Source of the DNA: a virus
Length of the DNA: 64,000 nt
Direction: 5' to 3' (one strand)
Virus record (IMG/VR): IMGVR_UViG_3300005825_000016
The position numbers and the translations under genes are program-made. The notes beneath the pieces are model-generated. The model saw only the letters and a list, made by a program, of their open reading frames with translations. It ran no database searches and was not told the DNA's origin. Numbering within the stretch: the first letter of the stretch is position 1; each line of letters starts with the position of its first letter. Positions 62,518 to 64,000 of this stretch are shown here, piece by piece.

Positions 62518-64000
62518 CTACCAAGGTTGTATTTCCATCGTTCTCGCAAAATGACTACAGCCCGTATGATATGCGGCAGCTGGTTTCTGCGCTTGAGATT
62601 CGATTTCAGTCTCTGGAGATTGATAACACATCGCTCTATGGGAATGTGGGAAATGAACTTGATGGACTCTATTCACCGATAGGCCACACACACAGCGAAT
62701 CAGAAATCACTGATCTTCAGGCGTATTTGCTGAACATAAACAGTGAGAGCATTTTCAATCTTTCGGATGTAACTGGAACGCCAGCTAATGGTGACATTCT
62801 TGTTTGGAATGGTGGTCTTGGCACATTTCAAACTATAGCGCAATCCAGCGCTACAATATCACTGAATGACCTTGATGACGTAACCGCACCAGCACCATCT
62901 GATGGTGAGGTGCTTACGTGGAATTCATTAACAATGCAGTGGGAGCCTTCATCAGCAGCTTCCTCGCCAACGTCATTCTTTGACCTGACCGATACAAATC
63001 TTTCTGGTCAGGCCATTTATGACATGGTGTTCAATGCTACAGGTACTGAATGGCAACATACCAATGGCTTGCTGCAATGGAACCCGATAAATGAGTACTT
63101 ACAGTTAGCAAATAATTTTTCAATAAACTGGGTGAATTCTTTATCAGTATCTGTTGAGCTAATAAACTTTACTGCCACTGATGAACTCGTTATTGGTGAT
63201 GCCGCTTACGCGACTCAAATCGACGGCCTAACAACGACGATCACATCACCTTCTACTGATGTTGACGGCACGCTCAATGTGCAGGGCATCGCAGACTTCG
63301 ACGCTGACGTTGAGCTGAACACTGGTGCTGACCTGACTCTCTGGGATGCAACGAACACCAACTCTGTTGCATTCAGTCACGTCAGCAATAACTTCCGTAT
63401 TGATTTTACGAATATAAATGATGTCATATTCGAGGCCAATACAGGCGTTGATTACATATTTAGCAGTGATGCTTCCGCAGCGCGACTCATAATCGGACCA
63501 GCCACTGCTGGCGCTGCTACTACTGCTGACGGCGCTCTGCAAATTAACACGATCAACGCTGGTCTTATCTATGGTTCCACGCTGGGTGGATCGTCTAACG
63601 CTCTAACCTTTCAGCCATCATTGTATGGGGTAGCGACCGATGGACACTCCACATACGCCGTGTCTGGATACGATAATGTCTGGTTTCAGGCTCTCACAAA
63701 CGGCGTTCAGATTCGGGACGGCGCGTACCTGCGAATCAGTGACGCGCTGGACACTGATTGGGCGAACTTCAGCCACGATGGTACTGACTTCAATGTCACC
63801 TACGAGAACACAGCGACTGCATCATGGACTCTTGGCACCACGGTCAATGGGCCTGCGTTCTTATTCACTGATAACCATCAGATGGCAGTCAGTGATTCCT
63901 CTGCTGGCATACAGCTTGTAGCGAATATCTCTGGCACTAATCAGGGTCGCACGTACAACGCGCTTGATATGACGGTGAACAACACACTGGCAAACTATTC
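62514..64000 (+). CDS. tail fibre protein (3'-partial; absent from the ORF track because it has no stop)
   Basis: ATG overlaps the nozzle stop; GHTHSESEITDL and LNDLDDV...DGEVLTWN repeats; read as open to the window end. Confidence 0.75.
   Translation, partial: MTTKVVFPSFSQNDYSPYDMRQLVSALEIRFQSLEIDNTSLYGNVGNELDGLYSPIGHTHSESEITDLQAYLLNINSESIFNLSDVTGTPANGDILVWNGGLGTFQTIAQSSATISLNDLDDVTAPAPSDGEVLTWNSLTMQWEPSSAASSPTSFFDLTDTNLSGQAIYDMVFNATGTEWQHTNGLLQWNPINEYLQLANNFSINWVNSLSVSVELINFTATDELVIGDAAYATQIDGLTTTITSPSTDVDGTLNVQGIADFDADVELNTGADLTLWDATNTNSVAFSHVSNNFRIDFTNINDVIFEANTGVDYIFSSDASAARLIIGPATAGAATTADGALQINTINAGLIYGSTLGGSSNALTFQPSLYGVATDGHSTYAVSGYDNVWFQALTNGVQIRDGAYLRISDALDTDWANFSHDGTDFNVTYENTATASWTLGTTVNGPAFLFTDNHQMAVSDSSAGIQLVANISGTNQGRTYNALDMTVNNTLANY

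Noticed and set aside
1-64000. Integrase/attP, rtcB, DNA polymerase
   Set aside because: No matching ORF recognised in this window, so lifestyle cannot be assigned; they could lie outside it

Overview
64 kb of a tailed dsDNA phage genome with podovirus-like architecture: P22-like portal, GroES, Mu gpT-like major capsid protein, nozzle, tail fibres and large internal/ejection proteins. An i-/o-spanin pair and sigma70-type promoters point to a Gram-negative host. The window appears circularly permuted. It starts inside the ejection-protein block, then runs through lysis genes, a leftward early/recombination block, a rightward replication block, a second leftward block, terS and many small accessory genes, and finally the late structural operon, ending inside a tail-fibre gene. 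No integrase, DNA polymerase, RtcB or CRISPR array was seen. Most notable: (1) a 3,874-aa polyvalent ejection-type protein carrying a GGDEF diguanylate-cyclase-like domain, a zincin-like peptidase and LPD38; (2) a Ro60 (rsr) gene preceded by three tandem Y RNAs, one a tRNA-like YrlA, plus a circularly permuted Ro-binding hairpin abutting the rsr Shine-Dalgarno (candidate autoregulation); (3) further candidate structured RNAs, including one after the capsid gene with an 11-nt tetraloop receptor; (4) an atypical tRNA; (5) a CACTNAGTG operator regulon. All domain calls come from motifs recognised by eye; no searches were run.
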